Of a stretch of DNA of 64,000 nucleotides, positions 1 through 10,084 are shown in pieces. The position numbers were made by a program, and so were the translations under genes. Location: the NCBI GenBank assembly GCA_947589255.1, contig CANQAL010000001.1:6603-70602 (forward strand), written 5' to 3'. Source of the DNA: Candidatus Gastranaerophilales bacterium. Lineage in GTDB: Bacteria; Cyanobacteriota; Vampirovibrionia; Gastranaerophilales; Gastranaerophilaceae. Numbering within the stretch: position 1 is the stretch's first letter; each line of letters begins with the position of its first letter. Below the pieces are notes generated by a model. The model saw nothing but the letters and a program-made list of their open reading frames with translations. It was not told where the DNA came from and did not search any database.

Positions 1-289
1 TTTCACTCATCAACATTAATTCTGTTAAGTATGAGTCAGAACCGTCCAGCTTTAATGCCTCGGGATAGTTTGTAAATACTTTTTCATCCGTCAATAATGA
101 AGGATTTTCTTCTTTTGTTTTAGTTTGGCTTTCAAGAAAAATCCATTTATTATCTTTATCTTGTTTTAAATTTCTAAAAGTTGAACTTTGAACTTCTTCT
201 CTGACACAATCGTGAAGATATAAGCTTAATCTCTTTATAAAGCTGTTATTTAGTGCCGAATTGATTATTTTTGCTGCTTCTTGTAACAT
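1..289 (-). CDS. hypothetical protein, N-terminal fragment; gene runs off the left edge of the window
   Basis: Minus-strand frame is open from ATG at 289-287 (MLQEAAKIINSALNNSFIKRL...) to position 1 without a stop. It is absent from the ORF track only because it is truncated. No family motif recognised. Confidence 0.3.
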   Translation of the reverse strand, partial: MLQEAAKIINSALNNSFIKRLSLYLHDCVREEVQSSTFRNLKQDKDNKWIFLESQTKTKEENPSLLTDEKVFTNYPEALKLDGSDSYLTELMLMSE

Positions 290-347
290 AATTTCCCCTA
301 TAATATCATTATTTTAGGAAATTTTTCGCGTTTTTTCAATAATTCAT

Positions 348-1340
348 TTATATGAAAAATGATTTTACAAGCCCTTTAAAAAACATTAAATCAAAAGAGA
401 AAAAAATTCTTTTATATATTAATAACAAATTTACTTTATTTAATTTTTCAAGAAAAAAAGACCTGTTTGAAAAAATAAATTTAAACATCTGGCTTCTTAT
501 TTTTCTGTTATTTCTGAAATACTTATTTTGTGTGTGGGTTTTAAAGTATTTTTTATTACCCATAACAGGGTTTGCCATAGAATAATTAGAATTGTGCCTT
601 CTATAGGCAAATAAAACCTTTTTTACTACCGCACTTGAACCTATTAAGTGACAGAAGGAAAAAATAAATTTATCCGCAGTGATTTTAAGATTTCTTGTTT
701 TATTCAGTAAAAGAAGCATTTCGCAGACAGATTTACGCATCATGGCCGATGTCGTAGGCCCCCAGTGCCAAGTAGCAAAACTGTATTTATCATTATCAAG
801 CACATGCACTTCGCACCCTTCAGTGTTTATTCCTTGTGCCATTTGGTAATTATTAAATTCTTCATAGGTTTTATTATTTATATTAAATTTATCAGCCTTT
901 TTTTCGGGGCTGTCTATGGAATTTAATGTATGAATTGTATTATTTTCATCAATTTCCGCCTGATAACAGGTTGTTAGAGCAACGGGAGTTTTAAGATGTG
1001 CTTCTATGTGCATTGCGCAATATTCGGGAAATAATAAATCATCTCCGTCTATTGCAGAAATAAATTCGCCTTTTGCTATTTCAATTCCTTTAAGTATGGA
1101 CGACAATTGACCGATATTTTCCTCATTTTTTATCAGTTTAATATCAAGATTTGCATTATCTTTTATAAATGCTTCAATTCTCTCAATTGTTAAATCTTTA
1201 GAAAGGTCATCAACGACTATAATTTCAAAATTTTTATATGTCTGATTTTTAATGCTTTCAAGACAATCAGTTACATATTTTTCAAAATTATGCGTAATTA
1301 CAATAAATGAAACTTTTGGTAAATTTAAAATCTTTTCCAT
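348..1340 (-). CDS. family 2 glycosyltransferase
   Basis: N-terminal GT-A signature VSFIVITHNFEKYVTDCLESIKNQTYKNFEIIVVDDLSKD and a DxD-like AIDGDD. Confidence 0.8.
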   Translation of the reverse strand: MEKILNLPKVSFIVITHNFEKYVTDCLESIKNQTYKNFEIIVVDDLSKDLTIERIEAFIKDNANLDIKLIKNEENIGQLSSILKGIEIAKGEFISAIDGDDLLFPEYCAMHIEAHLKTPVALTTCYQAEIDENNTIHTLNSIDSPEKKADKFNINNKTYEEFNNYQMAQGINTEGCEVHVLDNDKYSFATWHWGPTTSAMMRKSVCEMLLLLNKTRNLKITADKFIFSFCHLIGSSAVVKKVLFAYRRHNSNYSMANPVMGNKKYFKTHTQNKYFRNNRKIRSQMFKFIFSNRSFFLEKLNKVNLLLIYKRIFFSFDLMFFKGLVKSFFI

Positions 1341-1352
1341 ACTTTTTAGATG

Positions 1353-2834
1353 TTATTTTATCGCTTTTTCTATACGATATTTTACTTTATCTTTTCCTAA
1401 AACTTCAAGGATAACACCCATATCAGCGCCATGGGTTCTGCCTGTCAGGGCTGCTCTTATTGTCCACATTGTTTCTTTTGGTTTTATTCCATAGTTTTCT
1501 TTAAAGTATGTTCTAAAATCCGCCATTTGTTCGTGGAGTTTTTCTTCATTATTAAAATCATAACTGTCCAGTTGAGAATCAAAGTATTTTAAAATATTTT
1601 GAGCCTGCTCGGTATCTATATTCTTTTCTTTAACTCCTTCCTCGTAAACAATATCTTTTCCGAAGAAATAAGCAACGTCATTAGTTAAATCAGATAAAAC
1701 GGTAATGGGTTCACGAGTTGCTTCTATTACTTTTTCAAGCTGTTTTTCGGTTAATTCCGATAAATCATATTTTGATAAATACGGTTTTGCTTTTTGAGTA
1801 AGCTCTTTAATATCCATTTTCTTGATATATTGACCGTTCATCCAGTTTAATTTGTCATATTCAAAAACGGAATTAGAAGAAGAAACTTCATGAATTCTGA
1901 AATCTTTAGCTATTTCATCAACTGTTTTAATTTCAACACCGTCAGAAGGCGCCCAGCCTAAAAGTGCAACAAAGTTTAATAGGGCCTCCGTTAGATATCC
2001 TTTTTCAACAAATTCTGAAACTGCAGTTGCACCGTGTCTTTTAGAAAGTTTGCTTCTATCGGGAGCAAGTATCATACCTAAATGCCCGAATTTAGGAACT
2101 TCAGCCCCTAATGCTTCATATATTAAAATCTGTTTAAATGTATTGGAAATATGGTCTTCGCCTCTTATAATATGTGAAATTTTCATTAACATATCATCAA
2201 TTACAACGGCAAAGTTATAAGTAGGTGTACCGTTTGATTTCATAATAACAAAATCGCCGATTAAGCTTGTATCTTGGTGCAGGTCGCCTTTTACAAGGTC
2301 TTCAAAGTGAAGTATCGAGGTATCATGAAATGCTTTTTGAGCTTTTTCTATAGAAAATCTGATTGCAGGCTTTCTGCCTTCAGCTCTTAACTTTGCTTTT
2401 TCTTCTTCGGTTAAATGTTCGCACTTTTTAGAATATACATAAGCTCGTTTTGCTTTTGTAGCTTCTTCTTTTTCAGCTTCAAGTTCTTCCGGAGTACAGA
2501 AGCATTCATATGCAAAACCTTTATCAAGTAGTATTTGAGCATACTTTGGATATATATCAAATCTTTCGGACTGCGTATAAGGCCCGTATGCTCCGCCGAC
2601 ATCAGGACCTTCATCCCAATTTAAGCCTAATGCTTTTAAACTGTCAAAAATATTATCTATATATGCTTGACTTGTTCTTTCCGCATCCGTATCTTCTATT
2701 CTTAATACATATTTCCCGCCGTTTTTTTTGGCAAATAAATAATTAAATAAGGCTGTTCTTGCCGTTCCTATATGTAAATTACCGCTCGGTGACGGTGCTA
2801 TTCTAACTCTGATTTCGTCCATTATTCTCTCCAA
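1353..2834 (-). CDS. gltX: glutamate--tRNA ligase
   Basis: Class I HIGH region PSPSGNLHIGTAR, KMSKS-equivalent KLSKR, and full-length GluRS-like architecture. The true start may be the second Met (MDEIRV, 2822). Confidence 0.93.
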   Translation of the reverse strand: MERIMDEIRVRIAPSPSGNLHIGTARTALFNYLFAKKNGGKYVLRIEDTDAERTSQAYIDNIFDSLKALGLNWDEGPDVGGAYGPYTQSERFDIYPKYAQILLDKGFAYECFCTPEELEAEKEEATKAKRAYVYSKKCEHLTEEEKAKLRAEGRKPAIRFSIEKAQKAFHDTSILHFEDLVKGDLHQDTSLIGDFVIMKSNGTPTYNFAVVIDDMLMKISHIIRGEDHISNTFKQILIYEALGAEVPKFGHLGMILAPDRSKLSKRHGATAVSEFVEKGYLTEALLNFVALLGWAPSDGVEIKTVDEIAKDFRIHEVSSSNSVFEYDKLNWMNGQYIKKMDIKELTQKAKPYLSKYDLSELTEKQLEKVIEATREPITVLSDLTNDVAYFFGKDIVYEEGVKEKNIDTEQAQNILKYFDSQLDSYDFNNEEKLHEQMADFRTYFKENYGIKPKETMWTIRAALTGRTHGADMGVILEVLGKDKVKYRIEKAIK

Positions 2835-2897
2835 TTAACTTGCTTATAAGCTAATTTTATAACAAAAATAAATTCTTAGTATTATATTTTATTTGAT

Positions 2898-4706
2898 TTA
2901 TTTTTTCTTATAAATTTCTAAATTTGTTTTATTAATTTCAAATTCATTTGTATTATTGCCGGTGGTACTTTCTTTAATATAATTATCTTGAATGTAGTCA
3001 TTTATCTTTTTACCGTAATCAATACCAAAGTTTTTGTGAGGTCTGAAAAATATGGGAGGAATAAAATTATAAATATAATCAGGTTGTTCTTCTTTTAAAA
3101 TATTTATAATGTAATCTTCTCCCAGAGTTGGGACAATGTGTGATTGAATTGAATATATTTGATAATTAATAACGGGAATATTTAACAGATAATGCAGGTA
3201 TAAACCCTCTTCTATATATAATAAAGATTTATTTTTACCTGATATGTTTTCTTGGGCATGGGATAATGCTTTATTAATTATCTTATAATAATCATTGGAT
3301 ATATAGAAAGTTCCTTTGGGAAATTCTAATTTATTTTTATTTATTTGTACCAGATTAAATATATATTGGTATGTATATGTTAATGAATATAAAATTATAG
3401 CTGTACATATAATAGTTCTATATTTTTTATTATCAAATAATTTAAAGTTATCCGGGACAATGTCTAATAAATATATTATTAAAAGTACCCAGAAAAGGAT
3501 TATTGTAAAATTTCCTATATTTGAAATATATATCCCTGCATAATTTCTGAAACATATACAATACGCAATCAGTAAACTTAATATAAAAAATTTTTCTTTT
3601 ATTGTTATATCAATATTTTCAACTTTTTTATAAACTATCAGGCAGATAGTTAAAATTAATAATAAATAATTTAAAAATATTAAGTTCGAATGTAAAAACA
3701 AATGAGAATCGTAATTTAATAAATAATACAATTTAACATAATCAATGTTTATAATTCCTAAAATAAGTAAAGGAAGAAATATTATAAACATAATATATAA
3801 TTTTTTCCCTTTAATACGATTTAAAATTAAATAAAAGATTGAAGAAATTAAAATAAAAGCTAAAAAAGATTTACTAAAATAAATAAATGAATTAATAATT
3901 CGATTGCAAATTGCTAAATTTACAAATTGAGGTAAATATAAATGATTAAAATTTTTAACCGAATCAACATTTGCAAAAGTAATAAGCACTTTAATTTGGT
4001 TAGATAAAATATTAAAAAAATCAGTTTTTGTATTTAATAAAAATAATAAAAACTCTAAAAAAATGGGGATCAAAAATATAAATAAAGATTGAGGAATTAT
4101 TTTCTTAGATTTTGTTTTAATTATAAAAAATAAAAGAATTAAAAAACATAAAGTAAAATCTAATTTAAACGCAATAGACAGCCCTAAAAATAATGATGCT
4201 AAGTATAAATATTTAATTTCCTTCCGTTTTAAATATAAAATTATAGAAGTTACAAAAATCATACAAAATGTAAATGCGTAAGTAAATGAAAAAGAATAAG
4301 GATAAAACCAATTTGCCGAATCAGGTTCTTTTATTCTAAAAACAAAAATAAGCATTACCGTTAAAACAGTAATAAAAGGAGTAAGAATTTTATTATCTGA
4401 AATTTCTTTAGTAATCTTATAAAGACAAAATAATATAATCGATGTATTAAATACCGAAATATAAAAAAGAAGATTTAAACTGCTTCCGAAAATTTTAAAT
4501 AATAATGCGTTTAAATAAAATGCCGCAGGGGGATATAAACAAAAAATATCTTTATATAAAATTTTTCCCTGAAGAATTTGCTCCGGAATAACAGCTTCCC
4601 TAAAGGTATCATAAATAAAGCCGCCGCATTTACCGTAACACAAAAAACTAAATAAAATAAAAATAATAAAGAGAAGTAAATTACATATTATGCTTTCTTT
4701 TTTCAA
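2898..4706 (-). CDS. polytopic membrane protein, GT-C (ArnT/PMT-like) glycosyltransferase candidate
   Basis: 602 aa with more than 10 hydrophobic segments. An N-terminal loop motif (YPPAAFYLNALLF) resembles GT39/GT83 enzymes, and there is a soluble C-terminal domain. Family assignment is by pattern only. Confidence 0.45.
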   Translation of the reverse strand: MKKESIICNLLLFIIFILFSFLCYGKCGGFIYDTFREAVIPEQILQGKILYKDIFCLYPPAAFYLNALLFKIFGSSLNLLFYISVFNTSIILFCLYKITKEISDNKILTPFITVLTVMLIFVFRIKEPDSANWFYPYSFSFTYAFTFCMIFVTSIILYLKRKEIKYLYLASLFLGLSIAFKLDFTLCFLILLFFIIKTKSKKIIPQSLFIFLIPIFLEFLLFLLNTKTDFFNILSNQIKVLITFANVDSVKNFNHLYLPQFVNLAICNRIINSFIYFSKSFLAFILISSIFYLILNRIKGKKLYIMFIIFLPLLILGIINIDYVKLYYLLNYDSHLFLHSNLIFLNYLLLILTICLIVYKKVENIDITIKEKFFILSLLIAYCICFRNYAGIYISNIGNFTIILFWVLLIIYLLDIVPDNFKLFDNKKYRTIICTAIILYSLTYTYQYIFNLVQINKNKLEFPKGTFYISNDYYKIINKALSHAQENISGKNKSLLYIEEGLYLHYLLNIPVINYQIYSIQSHIVPTLGEDYIINILKEEQPDYIYNFIPPIFFRPHKNFGIDYGKKINDYIQDNYIKESTTGNNTNEFEINKTNLEIYKKK

Positions 4707-4731
4707 TTATATTCACTTCCCCTTTAATTTA

Positions 4732-5235
4732 TTATTTCTTATTATTATCAAAATGAAGAACTATTTCGCCTTTTTCAAGAGTTTTTTGAACGTCAATAAT
4801 TCTTTGATTTGAACTTCCAATCCAATGCAGATTGTTATCATTTAAAGATTTAATAAATCTGCCGTCAACTAAGACATCAATATATTTCATTTTAGGATTT
4901 TGTTTAAATTCTTCCCACAAAAACCCTGTGTAAACCCAAACCGTTTTATTAGGGTAAAGTTCTTTAACCTTTCTCATAAGACGGAAAGTTTCACCTCTGT
5001 TAAACGGGTGCAACGGGTCGCCCCCTGAGAAAGTTATACCTGATATATGCGGTTTTGCCAGTGCTTCAAAAAGTTCATTTTCGGCTGCTTCATCAAATGG
5101 AAGTCCGCCTGTTATATCCCAAGTAATCGGGTTTTGGCAGCCTTCACATTGATGATTACATCCTGCAACCCACAGTACGACCCTTAAGCCGTCCCCATTT
5201 AACATGTCGTCTTTTGTGATATTGTGGTAATTCAT
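4732..5235 (-). CDS. nrdG: anaerobic ribonucleotide reductase activating protein (radical SAM)
   Basis: CNHQCEGCQN (CxxxCxxC) cluster motif, about 165 aa, directly downstream of nrdD. Confidence 0.9.
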   Translation of the reverse strand: MNYHNITKDDMLNGDGLRVVLWVAGCNHQCEGCQNPITWDITGGLPFDEAAENELFEALAKPHISGITFSGGDPLHPFNRGETFRLMRKVKELYPNKTVWVYTGFLWEEFKQNPKMKYIDVLVDGRFIKSLNDNNLHWIGSSNQRIIDVQKTLEKGEIVLHFDNNKK

Positions 5236-5237
5236 TG

Positions 5238-7379
5238 TTACATACTTACTCTGTCTTTTATCTCTTCCATTTTTGCTTCGTTAAGACGAGTATCACCTTT
5301 TACTCTCGAGTAAGAAAGATAACCGTTCATCCTTTCGATTTTTGTTAAATTTTTGCTTCCGCATTTCGGGCAGACATCCATATTTAATTCTTGGTGTCCG
5401 CAATCATCACAATATGAAAGCGACAAGTTTACACCTTCATAAAATCCCATATCCATTGCTCTTTCAATCAATGTTCTGATTGCTTCTTTATTGTATGAAA
5501 TCGGGTATTTTACATACTGGATTTTTCCGCCGTTCATTAAATTCCAGAACCTGTTTTCTAAGTCCTGTTTTTCAATCGGAGAAATTTTTTCCGTTACATG
5601 GCAGTGGAAGCTGTTAGAAACATATCCTCTATCTGATACATTTGGAACAATACCGTATTTTTCACGGAATTGAGTAACCTGAAGTCCGCATAAGCTTTCT
5701 GCAGGTGTGCCATACAGTGCATATAAATTTCCGTCTTCTTCTTTAAATTCATTAACTCTTTTATTAATGTATTCCATTACTTCAACGGCAAATTGTCCGT
5801 CTTCAACAAGTGATTTTCCGTTATGAATTTCCTGAAGCTCATTTAATGCGGTAATACCAAATGAAGCCGTTGCGGCCTTAAGCAGAGGTTTAATTTTATC
5901 GTGGAAACCTAAGTGACCGCCGTAAAATCCTCCTTCACAGTATGCAAGAGGGTTCGTTGAAGCTCTCATTTCACCTAAGTAATCGTAAGTTCTTATATGA
6001 ATTTTTCTGATTAACTGCAAGTAGTAATCAAGAACTTCATAGAAATCTTTACTTTCTTTTTTAGCTTTTGCATAAATCATGGGTAAATGAAGGCTTATAG
6101 CACCGATATTAAATCTTCCGACAAATATAGGCTTATCGTTTTCATCTGCAGGTTTCATACCGCCTCTTTCATACCAAGGTGATAAGAAAGCTCTGCAGCC
6201 CATAGGAGATACTACTCTCTTGTATTTTTTATACATGCTTGCAACATACCCTTCGCCGGTTAAGCTTAACCAATCGGGGTACATTGACCTTTGTGAGCAT
6301 TCTAAACCTGCCTCAAATACATCCTCTAATACTCCGCCTTTTCCGTGGAGTTCTTTATCATATAAGAATACAAGTTTAGGAAACAGTACGGGTTTTTTGC
6401 ATTCTTTTTTGCCCTGACCGTTCTTTCTGGTTTTTAAAGCTGCGATTGAAGCCATTTTTTCATATTCGCCCGTACCTAAACCAAAGGTAATGGTTATAAA
6501 CGGATAGTCGCCTCTTGAAGATGCTACGGTATTAAACTTATATTCCCATCCTTGGAAGCCTTGTTCAAAGTCTGTTTCAACATCTTTTAATGCTTCATTT
6601 CTTGCCTGTTCAAAGCTTAAGCCCATTGAAATATAACGTTCATACTGTTTGTTATATGTTTTTTCCGCATAAGGAGCAAGCAGTTTATCAACTTCGGGAA
6701 CCGTAAAACCGCCATACTGCTGGCTTGCTGCTGCCATAACGATATCGCCTATAACATCAAAAGCAACAGCTAAGGTCTTTGGCTCATTATACCAAAGGTT
6801 GCCCATTTCAAATCCGCCTTTTAAGACTTCCGCTACATCAAATAAACAGCAGTTCATTGTGTCACGTCTTGCTGACATATCGTGAATATAAATATATCCG
6901 TCACGAATAGCTTGCAAATCTTCTACCGTTAAAAAGAACTTTTTATATAATTCTTTATTTAATTGATTGAAAATTAAAGAACGTTTTGTTGATACCAAAG
7001 CGGAATCGGAGTTTGAGTTTTCTTTATCCCCGATATACATTATTTTTTGGCTTTCTTGATATACTTTATCAAGCATTCTTACAAAATCTTGTTTATAATT
7101 TCTGTAATTTCTATAGCTTTCGCATACTTTATGATTAACTTCTTCTAAGGCTTGCTCAACAATATTGTGCATTTCCTGAATTAATATTTCGTTATGTCCG
7201 GTATTTTGGACTTCTCTTTCAACGATAGAACAAATTTTATTTAATTGTTCTTCCGTAAAGTCAATTAAAACTCTTCTTGCTGATTTTTTCACGGCATTAA
7301 TAACTTTTTGTACATCAAACTTTTCTTTTGTACCGTCTTTTTTGATTACAAAAAACTGTTGTTGTTCCATGCTCTCCAT
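5238..7379 (-). CDS. nrdD: anaerobic ribonucleoside-triphosphate reductase (class III)
   Basis: ATP-cone-like N-terminus (FFVIKKDGTKEKFDVQKV), C-terminal zinc ribbon CDDCGH...CPKCGS and glycyl-radical loop RMNGYLSY. The track ORF extends to 7433, but GAGGG precedes the ATG at 7379 (MESMEQQQ). Confidence 0.9.
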   Translation of the reverse strand: MESMEQQQFFVIKKDGTKEKFDVQKVINAVKKSARRVLIDFTEEQLNKICSIVEREVQNTGHNEILIQEMHNIVEQALEEVNHKVCESYRNYRNYKQDFVRMLDKVYQESQKIMYIGDKENSNSDSALVSTKRSLIFNQLNKELYKKFFLTVEDLQAIRDGYIYIHDMSARRDTMNCCLFDVAEVLKGGFEMGNLWYNEPKTLAVAFDVIGDIVMAAASQQYGGFTVPEVDKLLAPYAEKTYNKQYERYISMGLSFEQARNEALKDVETDFEQGFQGWEYKFNTVASSRGDYPFITITFGLGTGEYEKMASIAALKTRKNGQGKKECKKPVLFPKLVFLYDKELHGKGGVLEDVFEAGLECSQRSMYPDWLSLTGEGYVASMYKKYKRVVSPMGCRAFLSPWYERGGMKPADENDKPIFVGRFNIGAISLHLPMIYAKAKKESKDFYEVLDYYLQLIRKIHIRTYDYLGEMRASTNPLAYCEGGFYGGHLGFHDKIKPLLKAATASFGITALNELQEIHNGKSLVEDGQFAVEVMEYINKRVNEFKEEDGNLYALYGTPAESLCGLQVTQFREKYGIVPNVSDRGYVSNSFHCHVTEKISPIEKQDLENRFWNLMNGGKIQYVKYPISYNKEAIRTLIERAMDMGFYEGVNLSLSYCDDCGHQELNMDVCPKCGSKNLTKIERMNGYLSYSRVKGDTRLNEAKMEEIKDRVSM

Positions 7380-7538
7380 TATCAATCCCTCACTCTTTCC
7401 AAGATAACTAAAAACACGTAATAAATTACGCATTTTTAAATTTTTTATATTATCCCAAATCTCTCGATTTATTATTTTATTTTACACTAATTTTTCAAAC
7501 ATGTAAATAAAAATATATACAAAAGATATGTTAAATTT

Positions 7539-9014
7539 TTAATTTGATACATCCTGATTTTGAAAATTTATGGTTTCAGTTACAGTGTATTCATTAACCT
7601 TAGCCAAAGACTCTGCTTCTTTAGCTTTTCTTAAATCATATTCTGCTTCTTCTAATGCTTTTTTTGCTTCTTGTGACCTGGCTTCAAGCATTTGCTTTTT
7701 CTCGGTTGCTTTTTTTCTTTCTTGTTGAGCATTTTCCAATGTTTTTTGATCAAGATTTTTTACATATTCCCGATCTTGTTTAAACTTTTCAAGCATATCA
7801 GGAGTTAATGTCGGTTCATTTTTTTCATTATAAGAATCAATTTCCTGCATTACAAGTTCGGCTGTTAAAAAATTCTCCGGGGTCGGATTATGTTTTTTTG
7901 CATCTTTAACAAATAATTCAAGCTCTGCAGGAGTATATGAAATACCTTCTTCTTTGATTTTATCCACTACTTTCTGGAAGTCAAAATCTTCTGCCGAGTC
8001 TTTTTCATCTATTTTATAAAGGACATATTTTAGCATATCGGCTATTGCAAAATCTTCCATCTCTCCAATTGCCAATTTGATATCCGTACGACCCGGACGA
8101 AGTATTGCGGGATCTATATTTTGAGAATTATTTGCGGTTCCTATCCAAGAAACACCACTTTCTCCGCAATTTTCAGCACTGTTTAACATTGCTCTTACTT
8201 CTTTTATGTATTCCGGTACTTTTTTTCTGTCAATCAGGTAATTATCTATATCCTGCGGGAAATATATAACTGATGGTGTTCCTGTCCGTTTATAATATTC
8301 TTTTCCGGCCTCAAATGCTTTTTTTATTTTTTCCGCATTTCTATCATGACCTCTGTCTTTTAGTTCAACTTTTATAACATTTACACCGAAATATTTTACA
8401 TGTTCACATATTTTTTCCGCCATATATGTTTTTCCGCCTCCCGGGGGACCATATAAAAGCATTCCGTTAGGTATTCTCGGGTAAGCTTCATATTTACCTT
8501 TTGTTATAAGCGGTAAAATAAAATCTATAGCCGCTTTATATTTTTCTACTCCGTATCCCATAACTGCATTTAACCCGATTTCATGCCCGTCATTTGTAGC
8601 AGGAATATATGCACAGATCAGAAAGTCATCATGGTATCTTTCAGCTGAGCTATAATTTAAATTCATTGTTTTTTCAAGATTTTCAATTTTCTCTTTTCTT
8701 AATTCCAGCAGCTTTCGAGCTTCTTTTTCTCTTTTTTCACCGGGCAGTGTAACGATGTAAACTAACGTTGACATTGCTGCCGTGGTAGCTACACTTAAAC
8801 CGACCCCCTGAAGTAAAGCAAGTAACAATTCACCAATCACACCAAAACTGGGATTATTTTTTTTGTTAAGCTCAACCTGTGTTCTTCCGTATACTCCGTT
8901 TGAATATTTTATATTTGAATTTTCTGTATTTTTATCAGCCGGAGCATATTTTTGGTATTTATTTTGTTGATTTACTTTGTTGTTTTTTACACTGTTTACT
9001 GCTTGAACTATCAT
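7539..9014 (-). CDS. membrane-anchored AAA+ ATPase with C-terminal coiled coil
   Basis: One TM segment (GVIGELLLALLQGVGLSVATTAAMSTLVYIV), Walker A LLYGPPGGGKT, second region of homology ANNSQNIDPAILRPGRTD, and a K/E-rich tail. The Walker B position reads IYFPQDID. Confidence 0.7.
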   Translation of the reverse strand: MIVQAVNSVKNNKVNQQNKYQKYAPADKNTENSNIKYSNGVYGRTQVELNKKNNPSFGVIGELLLALLQGVGLSVATTAAMSTLVYIVTLPGEKREKEARKLLELRKEKIENLEKTMNLNYSSAERYHDDFLICAYIPATNDGHEIGLNAVMGYGVEKYKAAIDFILPLITKGKYEAYPRIPNGMLLYGPPGGGKTYMAEKICEHVKYFGVNVIKVELKDRGHDRNAEKIKKAFEAGKEYYKRTGTPSVIYFPQDIDNYLIDRKKVPEYIKEVRAMLNSAENCGESGVSWIGTANNSQNIDPAILRPGRTDIKLAIGEMEDFAIADMLKYVLYKIDEKDSAEDFDFQKVVDKIKEEGISYTPAELELFVKDAKKHNPTPENFLTAELVMQEIDSYNEKNEPTLTPDMLEKFKQDREYVKNLDQKTLENAQQERKKATEKKQMLEARSQEAKKALEEAEYDLRKAKEAESLAKVNEYTVTETINFQNQDVSN

Positions 9015-9026
9015 TTTTTTACCTTA

Positions 9027-9926
9027 TTATTTCTTTCTTATTATTTCTAATGCTTCATCTATATATGCTTTTTGATCCTTTTCATTAACATATTCTTTTA
9101 CAAAATCAATATATTTTTGCCACATTTCTTTAGATTCATTAACTAACGGTTTAGTATAAATATGCAGGCTGAATCTGCCTCTTCGTATAACTGCAGGATC
9201 AACTTTTAACGGATTATACTCATCAGCTACAACCGTAAAACCTTGTTGACCGCAATCTTGCAGGTAATTTATCAATGGTCTTGCAGCTTTATATATTCCT
9301 GTTTCCCTTCTGTCAGGTGCTATTTTATCAAGTTCTTTAATTATAATAGCGGTTCTTTTTCCCGATGAATCAAATCTTTGTTTTGCATTTTCTATTGCTT
9401 TATCTATTTTTAGTCCGATTTTTTCTATTGTTGAATCTTTTAACTCGGGGATTCTTTCTATATAATATCCTGCCTCCGATAATTCTTTTATTAATCCTTC
9501 TTTTACCATTGTTTTGTTTGCACTGTCAGGGCCAAAGAATGATACACTGTTAAACAGAGTTTCATTATTTTCTTTTACTTCATCTATTAAATGTTCTCTT
9601 GCTATATTTACTTGTTTTACAAGAACGTCATCTTGCTGAACCCGCAGATATTTCGGCAATAATTGATGCTGTTTTAATGCCTCAATTGCTTTATCTGCTC
9701 TTTTTTTCCTTACACTGCTGTAAAAAATAGCTAAAGCTGAAAAAGAAATTAATGCTGCAGAAAATAACAATTTCTTATTTTTATAAAACGGCTGTTTTTT
9801 TGTTTTAAGTTCAACAGTATCAACAGTATTTATCGGAGTTGGTTTGTAATTATATAAAGATTGCTGCTGACTTACATCAGTAAATACTGAAGGAATGTTA
9901 TTAATGCCGTTAAATGTTACTTTCAA
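9027..9926 (-). CDS. membrane-anchored AAA+-like protein with degenerate P-loop
   Basis: TM segment LLFSAALISFSALAIFYSSV. The Walker A position reads GPDSANKT and the Walker B position reads AIIIKELD. The arginine-finger region VDPAVIRRGRFS is retained. Confidence 0.55.
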   Translation of the reverse strand: MKVTFNGINNIPSVFTDVSQQQSLYNYKPTPINTVDTVELKTKKQPFYKNKKLLFSAALISFSALAIFYSSVRKKRADKAIEALKQHQLLPKYLRVQQDDVLVKQVNIAREHLIDEVKENNETLFNSVSFFGPDSANKTMVKEGLIKELSEAGYYIERIPELKDSTIEKIGLKIDKAIENAKQRFDSSGKRTAIIIKELDKIAPDRRETGIYKAARPLINYLQDCGQQGFTVVADEYNPLKVDPAVIRRGRFSLHIYTKPLVNESKEMWQKYIDFVKEYVNEKDQKAYIDEALEIIRKK

Positions 9927-10084
9927 AATTTCCTCCGATTACTTGCTTTTGAATTTTAACAAACTTGACCATGCTTTTCCATGGCTTTATATATTGAATA
10001 TATAAACATTGAAATAAAATTTTACAAATTCTTTTGTTTAAAAGGATAATTGTCAAAAATAATAATATATTTTAAAATTAGCTT

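Noticed and set aside
352-585. Many 60-125 aa ORFs in the track lie antisense to, or nested inside, long well-supported genes. Examples: 352..585, 2411..2614, 3316..3543, 13345..13677, 23596..23942, 36813..37151, 42567..43204, 45412..45738, 49747..50121, 62052..62402 and 63213..63527.
   Set aside because: They are shadow ORFs. They have low-complexity or hydrophobic translations typical of A+T-rich antisense frames, lack an RBS, and overlap completely with genes that carry clear family motifs.
7441-7538. NrdR boxes upstream of nrdD.
   Set aside because: Only loose ACA...TGT half-site matches are present (for example TTTACA-n15-TGTAAA). I could not find two 16-bp palindromes with the expected spacing. 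This needs a PWM scan.
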